Positions 63,101 to 64,000 of a DNA stretch of 64,000 nt are shown here, piece after piece. The stretch is taken from assembly GCA_963748015.1 (NCBI GenBank), contig CAVVHE010000009.1, positions 512,001-576,000 of the forward strand, in the 5' to 3' direction. This DNA comes from Terriglobia bacterium (GTDB lineage Bacteria; Acidobacteriota; Polarisedimenticolia; Polarisedimenticolales; JAIQFR01). The first letter of the stretch is position 1. Each line of letters opens with the position of its first letter. The notes below the pieces were generated by a model. That model was given only the letters and a program-made list of their open reading frames with translations, did not search any database and was not told the origin of the DNA. A program made the position numbers and the translations under genes.

Positions 63101-63465
63101 TCGTCGGCGGAGTGAAAGGTGAGGCGGCGGGCCTCGCCGCCGCCGGCCGGCATGACGAAGACGTCGAAGTTGCCGTAGCGGTCGGAGGCGAAGGCGATCT
63201 CCTTCCCGTCCGGCGACCAGACCGGTGAGGTGTCGTAGGCGGCGGCGACGGTGATCGGCGTCGCGGACCCGCCGGCGACCGGGACGGTCCAGAGGTCGCC
63301 CCGGTAGCTGAAGGCGACCGTCTTCCCGTCAGGGGAGATCGCGGCCGCGCGGAGCCAGAGAGCGTTCTCCGCGCGGGCCGGGGGCGCGGCAGCGAGGGCG
63401 AAGGAAGCCAGTACGGTCGCGACGAGCGCCGCGACGCCGGAACGAGACCTGTTCGTCGTTTGCAT
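60154..63465 (-). CDS. Tricorn-like S41 peptidase with PD40 propellers and PDZ
   Basis: Signal peptide; ISPDG..VAFSYRGDLW; ELNASHTG; DTRFNGGG; NYSDAH; DEQLEKAV. Confidence 0.92.
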   Translation of the reverse strand: MQTTNRSRSGVAALVATVLASFALAAAPPARAENALWLRAAAISPDGKTVAFSYRGDLWTVPVAGGSATPITVAAAYDTSPVWSPDGKEIAFASDRYGNFDVFVMPAGGGEARRLTFHSADDTPTSFTPDGKAVLFSSARLDSATNAQFPTGAQPELYRVALSGGMPVQVLSTPAPYATWDKAGERLAYSDQKGYEMEWRKHDNSSFARDVWIFEKATGTHTRLTGFGVDDRQPVWAPGDKALYFLSEKSGSFNVWKLELADPSRPKQITKHAVHPVRFLSASTAGDLCYAFDGEIWIRPAGATESRKLSVTASADRRDLAVAPADVASEVSEFELSPSGKEVAFVARGEVFVASVEYGTTRRITDTPGQERSVSFSPDGKSLLYAGERDGSWNVYRTDRIDPDESAFFNATAFKESAVLATPAEEFQPAFSPDGKEVAYLEERTTLKVLNLASGKSRTILPGDLNYSYADGDQWYEWSPDGKSVAVQFLSPTRWSSEVGIVDAAGGKPVVNISRSGYEDESPRWARKGELLLWSSDRYGTRQQSGSPRESDVFAAFLTRKAWDRFRLDEAAYAQLVEKEKEAEKKKDKEKDKDAKKGEEPGKKTDAEPAVKLPDPVVLELDGLEDRIARLSLHSASLADADLTPDGETLVYLARFEKGYDLWKYVPRKKEIKLVAKLDAERSASLRLDPEGKKAVVLADDKLSSIDLESGKATPVKVSAKIELKSAEERAALFEHAWRQTREKFYVENLHGVDWAALKSAYARFLPHLDNNRDFAELISEMQGELNASHTGGRFRPTRPDGDATAALGFFPDPSYAGEGVKILEVLEKGPLQKAGTKIAPGAVITSIDGTTIAAGANWYPLLNRKAGTQVRLGLLDPKGGKSWEETVKPVSWQDQGALLYERWVRSRRAEVDRLSGGRLGYAHIRGMNDGAYREIFEEIFGRAVDKEAIVLDTRFNGGGNLVEPLTIFLTGKVYYRAVPRGRQIGVEPGMRWTKPSIVVMNEGNYSDAHCFPTAYKALGIGETVGMQVPGTCTSVWWERLQDRSLTFGIPEVGYLDPSGDLTENKHLDPDYPVDNDPAREAAGRDEQLEKAVEVLLKKLPKR

Positions 63466-63530
63466 GGTATTCACTCCACGTGCGTCTACGTCGCCGTACG
63501 CCCCGGGTTTCCGAGGATGCGCATCTTACA

Positions 63531-63686
63531 TGGTGGACGCGAGATTGTGGGCTGTCCGGGGGCGAGCCGGACCTTCGCGAAACGGCGTCCATCCGCGGAC
63601 GCCTGCTCCCCCTCGCGACGCGGAATCCGGCCTTTTCCTGCCCTGCGACCTCGACGGCTCGCGACCCCACAATCTCGCGTCCACCA
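63531..63686. repeat. 156-bp element bounded by a perfect 21-bp inverted repeat
   Basis: TGGTGGACGCGAGATTGTGGG (63531-63551) and CCCACAATCTCGCGTCCACCA (63666-63686). Confidence 0.88.
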
Positions 63687-63841
63687 AGGACGATCTCGTC
63701 AGGGCGGTGACGCTTTCGTCATCGCGGACGCCATGGAGACTCTCGTCCAACGGCGGAGGCGCGGGCTGGACGGGGTGCGGCGAGCAAGGGGTCGTTTCGG
63801 CCCCGTTCTTGCCCTGAAGAGGGCTCAGGGAGGGATGCGTC

Positions 63842-64000
63842 GTGAAGAAGAAGGGAAACCTGCTGGCGATGGCGGCGGCGGTCCTGCTCGCGTCCGGCCT
63901 CACGCCGGCCAAGGAGGCCCCGACGGCGCAGAAGTCCTGGTCCCTCTCGGTCCCGCTCGCGGCGTCCTCGTCCCTCCGCGTCGAGAACCTGCTCGGCACG
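63842..64000 (+). CDS. Secreted protein, possibly DUF4097 beta-repeat family; 5' end only
   Basis: GGGAGGG RBS; VKKKGNLLAMAAAVLLASG...SLRVENLLGT. Confidence 0.55.
   Translation, partial: MKKKGNLLAMAAAVLLASGLTPAKEAPTAQKSWSLSVPLAASSSLRVENLLGT

Noticed and set aside
63666..63686. ...GCGTCCACCA resembling a tRNA/tmRNA 3' end or att site
   Set aside because: No T-arm GTTCGA or cloverleaf and no integrase nearby; it is one arm of the inverted repeat.

Overview
High-GC (roughly 70% by eye) bacterial chromosomal segment. Gene content (Ser/Thr kinase with TolB-like propeller, ECF/zf-HC2/CHAT trio, DUF748, OmpA-TSP3, large secreted proteins) suggests a diderm, probably Acidobacteriota; this is inference only. 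It holds about 31 protein-coding genes, mostly envelope or secreted, and is rich in proteases (S8, M64, CHAT, C45-like, aspartyl-PDZ, S41). I found no rRNA, tRNA, CRISPR array or transposase. Five genes show apparent single-base indels, nearly all at G/C runs and probably long-read errors; lhr also has an in-frame TAG. Best candidates for undescribed biology: (1) a translationally coupled ECF sigma / ZAS anti-sigma / exported, membrane-anchored TPR-CHAT protease operon, divergent from a double integrin-like propeller protein; (2) a ~100-aa C-terminal domain shared by two unrelated giant secreted proteins, a possible sorting signal; (3) tandem Cys/His-decorated PDZ paralogues with a duplicated OmpR-type promoter next to a two-component system; (4) a Cys/His-repeat secreted protein ahead of an ECF/anti-sigma/Spy-like triad; (5) two intergenic elements bounded by perfect 31-bp and 21-bp inverted repeats. 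All family calls are from motif recognition; no database searches were run.
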